A DNA stretch of 63,600 nucleotides from Eubacteriales bacterium (GTDB lineage: Bacteria > Bacillota > Clostridia > Oscillospirales > CAG-272), in the NCBI GenBank assembly GCA_045605175.1, contig JAZUPL010000035.1, positions 1 to 63,600 of the forward strand, read 5' to 3'. The notes under the pieces were generated by a model. The model was not told the origin of the DNA and did no database searches. It saw only the letters and a program-made list of their open reading frames with translations. How positions within the stretch are numbered: position 1 is the first letter of the stretch; each line of letters starts with the position of its first letter. The position numbers and the translations under genes are program-made. This document shows positions 47,179 to 57,020 of the stretch, piece by piece.

Positions 47179-47727
47179 TCAAATCAAATCATATTGCTCT
47201 TTGAGATAACCCTCTATCCACTTGATTATTTCATAAGTGTCAAGGGGAATACCGTCGAGCATTTCACGTAGTTCCTGTGTGTCGAGTTTTACCTCGCCCT
47301 TTTCGGTTTTATGCAAAAACAGGAAGTCTACGTTGGGGTGTCCCTGTATCAGGGTTGTTAAAGTGCTTATAACGTCGCCAAGAGGGGTAAAGTCGAGGTG
47401 GTCTTTATAAAACACGCCTGTCACGGTCGTGCCGTGGTTGGAGGGGGACTCCTCTTTTGTCAAGGAGTAAATTGTAAGCGAGCCACCTGTTTGCTCTGCG
47501 GCGAGTTTGAGTAGCGGAATGCCCATACCAACCTTTCGGGTGGTGCGAGTAGTGTAAAACGGGTTGACCACGTTTTTTTTCACCTCGTCGGTCATTCCAC
47601 AACCGTTGTCCTTTATTATAAGTGTTAGGATATTATCCTCTTCTCTAATAGAAATCTCGGTGAGGGTTGCCCCTGCTTTAAGCGAGTTTTCCGCAATATC
47701 AAGTATGTTAAGCGACAATTCCTTCAT
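47179..47727 (-). CDS. GHKL (HATPase_c) ATP-binding protein without DHp/His domain
   Basis: N box LDIAENSLKAG, G1 DNGCGM, G2 GMGIPL. No phospho-acceptor domain. Confidence 0.75.
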   Translation of the reverse strand: MKELSLNILDIAENSLKAGATLTEISIREEDNILTLIIKDNGCGMTDEVKKNVVNPFYTTRTTRKVGMGIPLLKLAAEQTGGSLTIYSLTKEESPSNHGTTVTGVFYKDHLDFTPLGDVISTLTTLIQGHPNVDFLFLHKTEKGEVKLDTQELREMLDGIPLDTYEIIKWIEGYLKEQYDLI

Positions 47728-47729
47728 AA

Positions 47730-48452
47730 CTACCTCAAAAGTTCAAACAGTCTTTTTCGAACGGTGTCGGGCGAGTCGCTCTCTTCGAGCATAAAGAAGG
47801 ATTCCGCATCCTTTATCCCCGTCAGATAGTGAGCGTCCGAACTGATAATAGCCAGTTTGTTTTGAAGAGAATAGCGTTGCTCGTAATCTTCCTTGTTCTT
47901 TCCATCACGAAGTTCGTAGAGAGAAAAATCGGCTGACGGGGGAAACGTACCAAGCACTGCTATAATTCCGTTTGCGTCGCGGTCGATGTGGGCGGGATAG
48001 CACACACCACCAAAGGATGCGACGATTTTCGGTGCGTCCTCAATAGAGATGTCTGTCGCATTGGAAAGAAGATATTCCTCTTTGCCTAAAAGACAGTCGT
48101 TTTCTCCAAAAATCAATTGTTCGCCAAAAAGATCCGGTCGATTTTTAATCTTCATTCTGTGCTTGTCCACGTAGCCGTCAAAGGCAATAGCATCCTCTAA
48201 CCTTTCAAACAAGCATACGACGTGTATGTCCTCTGAGGTGGTAAGTTCCATTCCCGCAATAGGAATAAGACCGTATTCCTCGCACGCCATAAAAAAGGCG
48301 GGACAGTTTTTCGTCGTGTTATGGTCGGTAAGAGCCACTATGTCTATGCCGGAGATTTTAGCCATTCCCGCAATGTTATATGGGGTGGAGTCATCATCGG
48401 CACAGGGAGATAGACAAGAGTGAATATGAAGATCGTAATAGTATCTTCTCAT
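47730..48452 (-). CDS. PHP-domain phosphoesterase
   Basis: YYDLHIHS...LTDHN PHP motifs. The start shares one nucleotide with the upstream stop (TGATG). Confidence 0.8.
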   Translation of the reverse strand: MRRYYYDLHIHSCLSPCADDDSTPYNIAGMAKISGIDIVALTDHNTTKNCPAFFMACEEYGLIPIAGMELTTSEDIHVVCLFERLEDAIAFDGYVDKHRMKIKNRPDLFGEQLIFGENDCLLGKEEYLLSNATDISIEDAPKIVASFGGVCYPAHIDRDANGIIAVLGTFPPSADFSLYELRDGKNKEDYEQRYSLQNKLAIISSDAHYLTGIKDAESFFMLEESDSPDTVRKRLFELLR

Positions 48453-48778
48453 CAGAGTAACCCTGCGAGTTTGCACGCACATTCGTAAGAGGGCATCTCG
48501 GTAGAGATAATGTTTATCCCTTTTTCGTTTGCGGTAGCAATAATATCTAAGGAAGGTTGTACGCCCTCGGTCAGAATAATTGTTCCGACATCACAGAGGG
48601 TAGCCACGGCAAGAATATTTACATTAGACATAATAGTGAGCCAGGCGTTACCACTCTCGGCACGTCCCATAACCCAACTTAACAGGTCACCTATGTAAAC
48701 ACCCTTTATTTCTCTGTCTGAGTCAGGAAGTGCGATAGGTTTGAAGCCGCATACTTCTGAAAGTGTTTTAGCCGTCAT
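48452..48778 (-). CDS. DRTGG-domain protein
   Basis: About 108 aa with LTEGVQPSLDIIATANEKGINIIST (DRTGG-like). Start set at MTAKT, overlapping the upstream gene by 11 nt. Confidence 0.7.
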   Translation of the reverse strand: MTAKTLSEVCGFKPIALPDSDREIKGVYIGDLLSWVMGRAESGNAWLTIMSNVNILAVATLCDVGTIILTEGVQPSLDIIATANEKGINIISTEMPSYECACKLAGLL

Positions 48779-50057
48779 TTTTATCCTCACGCTTCTCCCT
48801 CGAACGGAACGCCTTAATAGGACAATCATCTGCACAGGACAGTTTTTTAACAACGTCCTCTGCGAAGGCTCGGCAGGTCGGTGCTCCACAAGAGCCACAA
48901 TCTATACCGGGCAGAGTGTCCCTGAATTTTTGCATATCTGCCATCATTCGCATAGAGTCTGCAAGATTACTTGCGAGTCTTGTAATTGGCTGATATTCCG
49001 GCATTTCGTCGAACAGGTAAAAATCGGGAATGTATTCCAGTTCTTCCTTTGAAAGTTGATTTCTTGAAACAGGAAGATAATGCCTTAATGTTTGAAGTCT
49101 TGCCTTTGCAATAAAGGGGTTTTGTATGGTAAGAACACCGCCGACACAACCGCCCGTGCAGGCGTTGAGTTCGATAAATTCAAGGGGCGGGATATTTCCG
49201 TTTTCTATCTGGTCGAGGACGTGGATAACATTGTCAATTCCGTCCGCTGCAAGATAGTTATCGTTGAATATTGCCGCAGCCTCGCCACCCGTTCTCGCCC
49301 AACCGAGTCCTATCATACCCGATTCCGAGAGGGAGGTTATTTCGGCGTCCTTTTTCATTTTTGCTATAAGTTGGAAATATATATCCTTTATGGAAATAAC
49401 GACATCGACGGCACTGTTATAGCCTGCAAAGCCGTTTTTCACATAACTTGCCTTTGCGGGACAGGGGGAGATAAAGCAGACGCCAATATCCTCGTCGGAT
49501 AATTCAGGGTGCTGTTTCTTCGCCTTTTCCTTAGCAAGTCTTGCTGCAATCTCCATAGGAGGCAGCATATGAATGATATGATCGGTAAGGGAGGGATAAC
49601 GCAAACTAATAAGTCGCATAACCACAGGACACGCCGAACTGATAGCAGGCTTTACCACGCCATCGAGTTTCAGGTATTGCCTCGTGTATGCAGAAACCAG
49701 TTCCGCCGCCTTTGAAACCTCGTACACATCGTCAAAGCCAACCTTGATAAGACCGTCAAGAACATAGTCAATATCGTCAAGATTGTCAAACTGACCGTAG
49801 AGGGTAGGGGCAGGGAGTGCTATCTTCCACTTAAACTTAGCCATATCCGAAAGCACACCGCACACTGCTTTTTTCGCCTTGTGTGGGCATACTCTGATGC
49901 ATTCACCACAGTCAATGCATCTTGTCGGGTTGATGACAGCATGACCATCTCTGATTCGTATTGCCTCGGTAGGGCATCGTCTCAGGCAGGTTGTACAACC
50001 TGTGCATTTGCTCTCATCGAGTAAAACAGAGTGTTCATAATTGTGCATTTTTGTCAC
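48768..50057 (-). CDS. HydS-like [FeFe]-hydrogenase homolog (putative sensory): 2x4Fe-4S + H-domain + C-terminal Cys-rich FeS motif, no PAS
   Basis: CTGCTTCLRRCP and CIDCGECIRVCP. H-cluster-like motifs SSACP, SPCPAK and ELNACTGGCVGG. C-terminal CGSCGAPTC-x12-C-x3-C. Confidence 0.8.
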   Translation of the reverse strand: MTKMHNYEHSVLLDESKCTGCTTCLRRCPTEAIRIRDGHAVINPTRCIDCGECIRVCPHKAKKAVCGVLSDMAKFKWKIALPAPTLYGQFDNLDDIDYVLDGLIKVGFDDVYEVSKAAELVSAYTRQYLKLDGVVKPAISSACPVVMRLISLRYPSLTDHIIHMLPPMEIAARLAKEKAKKQHPELSDEDIGVCFISPCPAKASYVKNGFAGYNSAVDVVISIKDIYFQLIAKMKKDAEITSLSESGMIGLGWARTGGEAAAIFNDNYLAADGIDNVIHVLDQIENGNIPPLEFIELNACTGGCVGGVLTIQNPFIAKARLQTLRHYLPVSRNQLSKEELEYIPDFYLFDEMPEYQPITRLASNLADSMRMMADMQKFRDTLPGIDCGSCGAPTCRAFAEDVVKKLSCADDCPIKAFRSREKREDKNDG

Positions 50058-50062
50058 CTTGC

Positions 50063-50515
50063 TTAATAATTAACTCGCATAGTGATTCGTGTGCCGACGC
50101 CGACAGTAGATTCTATATTCATATAGTCGGTGTAGCGTTTCATATTAGGAAGTCCCATGCCTGCACCAAAGCCTAAGGAACGAATGGTGTCCGAGGCGGT
50201 GGAGTATCCCTCCTGCATCGCCTTGTCAATATCATTGATTCCTGGGCCGCGGTCTTCGAGAACGATTTCTATGTAGGAGTTACACACCTTGACAACGGCT
50301 GTGCCGCCACCTGCGTGGATAACCATATTTATCTCGCCCTCGTACATAGCAATAGAAACTCGCCTGATAGTTTCTGCATCTATGCCAAGTTGTCTTAAAT
50401 TTTTCTTTATAAGAACCGATGCCTGACCTGCCGAGGTGAAGTCCTCGCCATCGACATCAAATCGGAAAATCAATTCTTCATTCATCGTTGCTCTATTTAC
50501 CTCCAATGAGTCCAT
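50063..50515 (-). CDS. RsbW/SpoIIAB-like anti-sigma-type Ser/Thr kinase (GHKL ATPase)
   Basis: N box EGEINMVIHA, G1 DRGPGI, G2 GFGAGMGLPN. The start codon is ambiguous (Met at 50515 or 50485). Confidence 0.75.
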   Translation of the reverse strand: MDSLEVNRATMNEELIFRFDVDGEDFTSAGQASVLIKKNLRQLGIDAETIRRVSIAMYEGEINMVIHAGGGTAVVKVCNSYIEIVLEDRGPGINDIDKAMQEGYSTASDTIRSLGFGAGMGLPNMKRYTDYMNIESTVGVGTRITMRVNY

Positions 50516-50837
50516 TGCAATATAACAGGCCGCAGGAAGTGTAAAGTGTCAAATCTGTACTTAATACGACAATTCCGCTTTCTTTAGCAAGAGCGAGCAT
50601 TTCGTCACTGGGAGTTTTAGAACGAACAAAAACTATGCAAACCATATCCATCATAACTGCGGTTCGAATTACCTGAGGGTTCACAAGACCTGTGAGAAGA
50701 ACGGCTTGGTCCTTTACATAGGCGAGAACATCACTCATCAAATCGCATCCACACGCCGAATAGACGTGTTTGCCGAGGTTTTCTTCACAAGAGAGAACCT
50801 TTGCGTTCAGGAGTTCTTGAATTTTACTGATTTTCAT
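50493..50837 (-). CDS. DRTGG-domain protein
   Basis: 114 aa with LLTGLVNPQVIRTA...AKESGIVVLST. Confidence 0.7.
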   Translation of the reverse strand: MKISKIQELLNAKVLSCEENLGKHVYSACGCDLMSDVLAYVKDQAVLLTGLVNPQVIRTAVMMDMVCIVFVRSKTPSDEMLALAKESGIVVLSTDLTLYTSCGLLYCNGLIGGK

Positions 50838-50871
50838 AACAAGTTACCTTAATTAAAAAATTTTGCTAAAA

Positions 50872-51366
50872 TCAGTTGTATTTAGCAATAATTCCTTCCA
50901 CATCATCTACGCCAAGCCTACCGTAAACCTCATCGTTGACGGTGAGAACGGGAGCAAGACCGCAGGCACCGATGCAACGGCAAGCGGTAAGCGAGAACTT
51001 CTTGTCGGGGGTGCACTCGTCGCCACCTATACCGAGAACTTCCTGCAACTTGTTGTAGATGTCGCCCGAACCCTTAACATAGCAGGCAGTACCAAGACAT
51101 ACAGAGATGTGATACTGACCCTTGGGGGTAAGCGAGAACTGAGCATAGAAGGTGGCAACGCCGTAAACCTTCTCAAGTGGAACATCCATGCCCTCGGCTA
51201 TCATAGCCTGTACTTCGATGGGAAGGTACTCGTAGATGTCCTGGGCTTGCTGCATTACTGCCATCAACAGGCTCTTGTCGTGCTTGTGAGCGTCTATAAC
51301 TGCCTGAAGACGTTCCTTCTGCTCGGGAGTACCGCTAAAGGGAACGGTAGAAAGTTTTTTTAACAT
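50872..51366 (-). CDS. hydC: NuoE-like [2Fe-2S] subunit HydC
   Basis: Thioredoxin-like 2Fe-2S pattern C-x4-C...C-x3-C (VCLGTACYVKG...ACRCIGACGLAP). Confidence 0.9.
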   Translation of the reverse strand: MLKKLSTVPFSGTPEQKERLQAVIDAHKHDKSLLMAVMQQAQDIYEYLPIEVQAMIAEGMDVPLEKVYGVATFYAQFSLTPKGQYHISVCLGTACYVKGSGDIYNKLQEVLGIGGDECTPDKKFSLTACRCIGACGLAPVLTVNDEVYGRLGVDDVEGIIAKYN

Positions 51367-51519
51367 AATATATCCTCCTTATTAAATATCTTAAATATTG
51401 CACGCCTACACGCACATTATCTACATTATTATAACATAAGGAAAGAAAAAATACAATACAAAAAACAATAATTGATAATAAAATAACGAAATTGTAAATA
51501 TAATAAATTTTTAAGTCGA

Positions 51520-52356
51520 TTAAGCACAGTAAATTGTAAAATCTGCATAAAGTTCTTTGTAAATTTCCTTTATACACCCCTCGTTTTTCATAGAGAGAGC
51601 CTTATTATCAACGGCACAAACCCTCGTTATGAAAGATGTGGTAGCCGAGATAAATACTTCATCTGCTGTAAATATTTCGTCAAACAAGAAGGCTTTTTCC
51701 ATTACCTTTAATCCAAGCGAGGGGGCAAGTCTAATGATATTCGCACGAGTAATCCCCGGAAGAATATGCGAGCCGTTCGGGTGGGTAAAAATAGTGTCAT
51801 TTTTAAGAATAAAAATGTTCGAGTGGGCGCACTCTGTCACGACCCCGTTGCGGTGAAACACCGCCTCTTTACATCCTTTGCTTTCCGCCTCGGTGCTTGC
51901 CAATACTGCAGGGAGCAGGTTGGTCGTTTTGATATTGCACATTGAATATCTTTTGTCGGGCAGGGAAATAAGCGAGGCGGATTTCAGGTCAGGGCTAAAT
52001 TCAATAGGTGTCACAGAGATTAAAATATTGCTCTTATTCGTAACTCTGGCGTGCTTGCGTTTTTCACCCTTTCCCGAACATTGAAGATAGAGCATATAAC
52101 CTTCGTATCCGGACCTTTTGACAATATCAAAAATAATGCATATAAGTTCGGCTTTAACTAACGGATGGGATAAACCAATAGCAGAAATATTGTCATAAAA
52201 TCTTCTCAAATGCTCGTTTAGTTGATAGACCTTGCCACCGCTTCCGATAGCCACCTCATAGACCGAATCCGAGAAATATATAGATCTGTCACAGAGGGGG
52301 ATTGTTAATTCCTCGCTTTTTGAAATCCTCCCGTTATAGTAGGAGATGTCAGGCAT
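51520..52356 (-). CDS. Class IV aminotransferase (D-amino-acid / branched-chain type; D-alanine aminotransferase-like)
   Basis: Fold-type IV motifs: YEV..., CNIKTTNLLPAVLA (PLP Lys), EAVFHRNGVVTECAHSN, ILPGITR. Confidence 0.8.
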   Translation of the reverse strand: MPDISYYNGRISKSEELTIPLCDRSIYFSDSVYEVAIGSGGKVYQLNEHLRRFYDNISAIGLSHPLVKAELICIIFDIVKRSGYEGYMLYLQCSGKGEKRKHARVTNKSNILISVTPIEFSPDLKSASLISLPDKRYSMCNIKTTNLLPAVLASTEAESKGCKEAVFHRNGVVTECAHSNIFILKNDTIFTHPNGSHILPGITRANIIRLAPSLGLKVMEKAFLFDEIFTADEVFISATTSFITRVCAVDNKALSMKNEGCIKEIYKELYADFTIYCA

Positions 52357-52550
52357 AATTGACTCCTTTTTTATTACTCAAATAATTTATATAAACCTAT
52401 ATAAAACATCTTATGAGCAAGAATTGGAAAAGATTAAAAAACATTATTAAATTCAGGGAAAAATGAAGAAATAAAACAAAAAAACGGCAGATTAGCCATT
52501 TCATAAAAAAGCAAAATGAACTAACTCTGCCGTAAAATAAATATTGAAAA

Positions 52551-53096
52551 TTAGAAAGTCGTAGATTTTATAATCCTGCCATCAAAGTCGTAAACGGTGA
52601 AGGTTCTGTTCTCGTAAATCATATATGTTTTTGGGTTGTTTTCTTTGGGGAGAGAAACCGAGCCGGGGTTAAGATATGTGCAACCGTCAGCAAAAGGCGC
52701 GGAGGCAAGAACATGGGTGTGCCCATGAAGAAGAATGTCGCCTTTTCTAAACTTAAAGCCTGAGGAGGTGTTAATATTATGACCGTGCGTGGCGATAACC
52801 GTAAGACCGTCGAGCGATAGCATAATATACTCTGAAAGAATGGGGAAATCAAGCACCATCTGGTCAACCTCGGTGTCGCAATTTCCTCGTACTGCAAGGA
52901 TTTGGTCTTTATATTGATTTAAGAGCGTGATTACCTCTTTTGGAGCATAGTTTTTTGGCAGGTCGTTGCGAGGACCGTGGTAGAGAAGGTCGCCGAGAAG
53001 CAACACTCGCTCACATTTATTTTTCTCAAAAATATCAAAAAAACTACGGGCGCTTGCGAGGTCGCCGTGGATATCCGAGCCTATTAAAATCTTCAT
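52551..53096 (-). CDS. YfcE/MJ0936-family metallophosphoesterase
   Basis: GSDIHG, LLGDLLYHG, GNCD, HGH and GHTH motifs. Confidence 0.88.
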   Translation of the reverse strand: MKILIGSDIHGDLASARSFFDIFEKNKCERVLLLGDLLYHGPRNDLPKNYAPKEVITLLNQYKDQILAVRGNCDTEVDQMVLDFPILSEYIMLSLDGLTVIATHGHNINTSSGFKFRKGDILLHGHTHVLASAPFADGCTYLNPGSVSLPKENNPKTYMIYENRTFTVYDFDGRIIKSTTF

Positions 53097-53201
53097 CTAT
53101 ATCTCCTTCGGTTTTGAATATACTATAACACAAAATGTTGTAAAAATCAATACAAAAAGGATGATTTTCTTCAATATATAGTGTTAACTTGTTAAATTAG
53201 A

Positions 53202-53230
53202 TTGACAAAATTGTAATTATATGTTATAAT
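53202..53230 (+). promoter_or_regulatory. Sigma-A promoter
   Basis: TTGACA-17 nt-TGtTATAAT. Confidence 0.7.
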
Positions 53231-53261
53231 TTTTTAGTAAAAATAATAAGGAGAGAAATAA

Positions 53262-55256
53262 ATGGCTCAATCAAGAGGAAAAAAGGCCTATGATGATCAA
53301 AGCATCAAGAGTCTGAAGGGTGCGGAGCGTGTTCGAAAAAAGCCCGCGGTAATCTTCGGCTCGGATGATATAACGGGCTGTCAGCACTCCTTTATAGAGA
53401 TACTTGCAAACTCGGTTGACGAGGCTCGTGAGGGCTACGGCAATCGCATCATAGTCAAGAAATATAGAGATTTGTCAATAGAGGTCGAGGACTTTGGCCG
53501 TGGTGTTCCTCTCGGATTTAACGAGAAGGAGGGAAGATACAACTGGGAACTCGTATTTTGCGAACTGTATGCAGGCGGTAAATACGACAACAACGACGAT
53601 AACGCCTCCTACGAATTCTCTCTCGGTACAAACGGTCTTGGCGCTACGGCAACCCAGTATTCGAGCGAATATATGGAGGTAAAGTCCTACAACGGTAAGA
53701 CTATTTCCGAGATGTCCTTTAAGCGTGGCGAGCCTGTCGGTCAGTTGCGTGTTTCTGATGTTGTCCCCGGGGGAAAGCGTCTTGGCACACAGATAAAGTG
53801 GCGCCCTGACCTTGCGGTTTTCAAGGAGATTGACATTCCTGTCGAATTTCTTGTTCTCACTCTCCGAAGACAGGCTATGGTAAATGCGGGTATTCGCTTT
53901 ATTTTGGAGATAGAGAACGAGAAAGGAAGGTTCGAAAAGACCGAATACTACTACGAAAACGGTATAGCAGATTATATCGAGGAACTCTCAGAGGGTAGTG
54001 CTTTAACCACCCCTGTGCTTTGGAAACTCGAAACAAAGGGTAAGGATCGTGAGGACCTACCCGAATATAAATTCAAGGCGGAAATTTCCTTCTGCTTTGC
54101 ACAGACGGGCGTGCCTGAATATTATCACAACTCCTCCTATCTTGAATACGGTGGCGCACCTGACAAGGCGGTGAGAAACGCATTTGTTTATGCCATTGAT
54201 AAGTATATCAGGGCGCATAATAAGTATAATAAAAACGAGCCTAAAATATCCTTTGGCGATATTTCGGACAACCTTATAGTTATAGTAAACTCGGCATCTA
54301 CACAGACCTCTTACGAAAACCAGACCAAGAAGTCTATAACTAATGCGTTTATTCAAAAGGCTCTTACCGATTTTATAAAAAGCAGGCTTGAAATATACCT
54401 GACCGAAAATCAGAATGCGGCGACAACCATAATAAACACGGTGCTTGCCAACAAGCGCTCTCGCGAGGACGCCGAGAAGAGTAAGGCAACCATCAAGACC
54501 AAGATAATGGGCAAGATGGACGTGTCAAACTCGGTGGAGAAGTTTATCCCCTGTGGCTCGAAAGACCCCTCGGTAAGAGAGGTTTATATAGTTGAGGGTG
54601 ATTCGGCTGCGACCTCCTGTCGCGTGGCAAGAGATGCAGAATTTCAGGCGGTTATGCCGGTAAGAGGTAAGACGCTCAACTGTATGAAGAGTTCCTATGA
54701 CAAGATATTTGCCTCGGATATTATTATCGACCTTCTCAAGGTTATTGGTTGCGGAGTGGAGATACAGAGCAAAAAGCAGTCTAATATTTCCACATTTGAT
54801 TACAGTCAACTCCGTTGGAACAAGATTATAATATGTACAGATGCCGACGAGGACGGCTTCCAGATAAGAACTCTGCTTCTCACTATGTTTTATAGGCTTC
54901 TGCCCACCCTTATTGAAAAGGGAAAAATATTTATCGCAGAGTCGCCTCTGTTTGTGATTACCTGTGGCTCCGACACTTATTTTGCTTATTCTGAAAAAGA
55001 GAAGAACGAGATTCTTGAGAAACTCGGTGATAAAAAGTTCACTATACAGCGTTCAAAGGGACTTGGTGAAAATGAGCCTGAAATGATGGCACTAACTACT
55101 ATGAATCCTGCTACTCGCCGACTTATAGCGGTGACTCCCACCGATGCCCAAGAAACCGCAAGAATGTTTGATATTCTTCTCGGTGATGCAATTGCCGAAA
55201 GAAAGAGATATATCACCGAAAACGGTCATCTATACATTTCGGATGCCGATATTTAA
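53262..55256 (+). CDS. Type IIA topoisomerase subunit B (GyrB/ParE family; ParE-like, no adjacent A subunit)
   Basis: GHKL N-terminus (EILANSVDEA, GTNGLG), transducer, and Toprim (EGDSAA, DADEDGFQI). Confidence 0.85.
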   Translation: MAQSRGKKAYDDQSIKSLKGAERVRKKPAVIFGSDDITGCQHSFIEILANSVDEAREGYGNRIIVKKYRDLSIEVEDFGRGVPLGFNEKEGRYNWELVFCELYAGGKYDNNDDNASYEFSLGTNGLGATATQYSSEYMEVKSYNGKTISEMSFKRGEPVGQLRVSDVVPGGKRLGTQIKWRPDLAVFKEIDIPVEFLVLTLRRQAMVNAGIRFILEIENEKGRFEKTEYYYENGIADYIEELSEGSALTTPVLWKLETKGKDREDLPEYKFKAEISFCFAQTGVPEYYHNSSYLEYGGAPDKAVRNAFVYAIDKYIRAHNKYNKNEPKISFGDISDNLIVIVNSASTQTSYENQTKKSITNAFIQKALTDFIKSRLEIYLTENQNAATTIINTVLANKRSREDAEKSKATIKTKIMGKMDVSNSVEKFIPCGSKDPSVREVYIVEGDSAATSCRVARDAEFQAVMPVRGKTLNCMKSSYDKIFASDIIIDLLKVIGCGVEIQSKKQSNISTFDYSQLRWNKIIICTDADEDGFQIRTLLLTMFYRLLPTLIEKGKIFIAESPLFVITCGSDTYFAYSEKEKNEILEKLGDKKFTIQRSKGLGENEPEMMALTTMNPATRRLIAVTPTDAQETARMFDILLGDAIAERKRYITENGHLYISDADI

Positions 55257-55292
55257 TAAATTAGGTTACTTATTTTTTGAAAGGATTTTCCA

Positions 55293-56948
55293 ATGATTGA
55301 ACTTAAAAAATCTACTAAATTTGCGGGTATTGACGGTCCTCTTGTGACTATCATTATGGACGGCGTAGGTATTGCCCCCGACAACGGTGGCAACGCGGTT
55401 GCAAAGGCATATACTCCCACCCTTGACCGCCTTATGGCAGAGTATCCTATGGTTAGCATTCGCGCTCACGGTACGGCTGTCGGTCTGCCCAGTGACGACG
55501 ATATGGGTAACTCGGAGGTAGGACACAACGTTCTCGGTTGTGGTCAGGTGTTTGCCCAGGGTGCAAAACTTGTTTCTCAGTCTATTGAAAGCGGTAAAAT
55601 TTTCTCAAGCGAAACCTGGCAGACCTTGGTTGAGGGTGTAAAGAGCAACAATTCCACTCTCCATTTCCTCGGTCTTTTCTCGGACGGAAATGTTCACTCG
55701 CATATCGACCACCTCAAGGCTCTTATTGAGAATGCCAAAAAGGTAGGTGTAGAGAGAGTCCGTATTCACATTCTCCTTGACGGACGTGATGTTGGTGCAA
55801 CCAGTGCGCTTGACTATGTATTACCCTTTGAGGAATATATCTCGGCTCTTCGCTCGGACAACTTTGATATTGCTATCGCTTCGGGCGCCGGCAGAATGGT
55901 AGCGACCATGGACAGATATGACTCCAACTGGGGCATGGTTGAGATAGGCTGGCAGGCTCACGTGCTTGGCGAGGGCAGACAGTTTGCTTCGGCAGAGGAG
56001 GCTATTACCACATATAGAAACGAGTATAAGGTGATAGACCAAGACCTTCCCGCCTTTGTAATTGCCAAGGATGGCGAGCCTGTGGGAACTATTAACGATG
56101 GTGACAGCGTGGTGTTCTTTAACTTCCGTGGCGACAGAGCCATAGAGATTTCCAAGGCGTTTGAGTCGGGCGAGGACTTTGACAAGTTTGACAGAAAGCG
56201 TGTTCCCTCGGTGCTTTACGCAGGTATGTTAGAGTATGACGGCGACCTGCATATTCCCTCCCGCTATCTTGTGAATCCACCCGAAATAAGCAACACGATG
56301 ACCGAATACCTCGTAAGTGCTGGTATTCGTGAACTTGCCATCTCGGAAACGGTTAAATACGGACATTGCACCTATTTCTATAACGGTAACAAATCCGGCA
56401 AATTCTCTGAGGAACTTGAAACCTATATTGAGATTCCCTCCGACCTTATCCCCCTTGACCAAAGACCTTGGATGAAGTGTGCAGAGATTACCGACAAACT
56501 TATAGAGTGCCTTTACAGCGGTGAGTATAAGTACCTCCGTGTAAACTATCCTAATGGTGATATGGTTGGACATACAGGCTCTTTTGCCGCTACCGTATGC
56601 TCTATGGAGGCGCTTGATATTCAAATCGCGAGAATTCTTAAGGTGGTTGACGAACTTCACGGTGTTGCTATTATAACCGCAGACCACGGTAACGCCGACG
56701 AGATGTTCGAGATAGACAAGAAGACAGGGGCGCCCAAGGCGGGCAAGGACGGCTCCTTTAAGGCAAAGACCAGCCACACCCTAAACCCTGTGCCTTGTAT
56801 TATATATGACAACTTCTATCGCGAGGGCTATACTGTAAAACTTGGCAGAAGCGACCTTGGTCTTTCCTCGGTTGCACCCACCACGGTAAATCTGCTTGGC
56901 TACGAAGCCCCAGAGATGTGGGACGAGTCGCTTATAGAACTCGGCTAA
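55293..56948 (+). CDS. gpmI: 2,3-bisphosphoglycerate-independent phosphoglycerate mutase (long ~550-aa form)
   Basis: DGVG..., DDDMGNSEVGHN (catalytic Ser), ADHGNADEM. Confidence 0.92.
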   Translation: MIELKKSTKFAGIDGPLVTIIMDGVGIAPDNGGNAVAKAYTPTLDRLMAEYPMVSIRAHGTAVGLPSDDDMGNSEVGHNVLGCGQVFAQGAKLVSQSIESGKIFSSETWQTLVEGVKSNNSTLHFLGLFSDGNVHSHIDHLKALIENAKKVGVERVRIHILLDGRDVGATSALDYVLPFEEYISALRSDNFDIAIASGAGRMVATMDRYDSNWGMVEIGWQAHVLGEGRQFASAEEAITTYRNEYKVIDQDLPAFVIAKDGEPVGTINDGDSVVFFNFRGDRAIEISKAFESGEDFDKFDRKRVPSVLYAGMLEYDGDLHIPSRYLVNPPEISNTMTEYLVSAGIRELAISETVKYGHCTYFYNGNKSGKFSEELETYIEIPSDLIPLDQRPWMKCAEITDKLIECLYSGEYKYLRVNYPNGDMVGHTGSFAATVCSMEALDIQIARILKVVDELHGVAIITADHGNADEMFEIDKKTGAPKAGKDGSFKAKTSHTLNPVPCIIYDNFYREGYTVKLGRSDLGLSSVAPTTVNLLGYEAPEMWDESLIELG

Positions 56949-56967
56949 TAGAATAAAACTATAAAAA

Positions 56968-57020
56968 AGATGAGATTTTTACCTGTTGAATAAATCAACG
57001 AGTGCTTCTCATCTTTTTTT
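56968..57020 (+). terminator. Intrinsic terminator after gpmI
   Basis: agatgaga/tctcatct stem with a large loop, followed by T7. Confidence 0.7.

Noticed and set aside
53262-55256. Topoisomerase B subunit without an adjacent A subunit, with the variant N-box EILANSVDEA
   Set aside because: The catalytic Glu/Asn and Toprim acidic residues are present. Separation of the B and A genes is not unusual enough on its own, and nothing can be concluded from one window.
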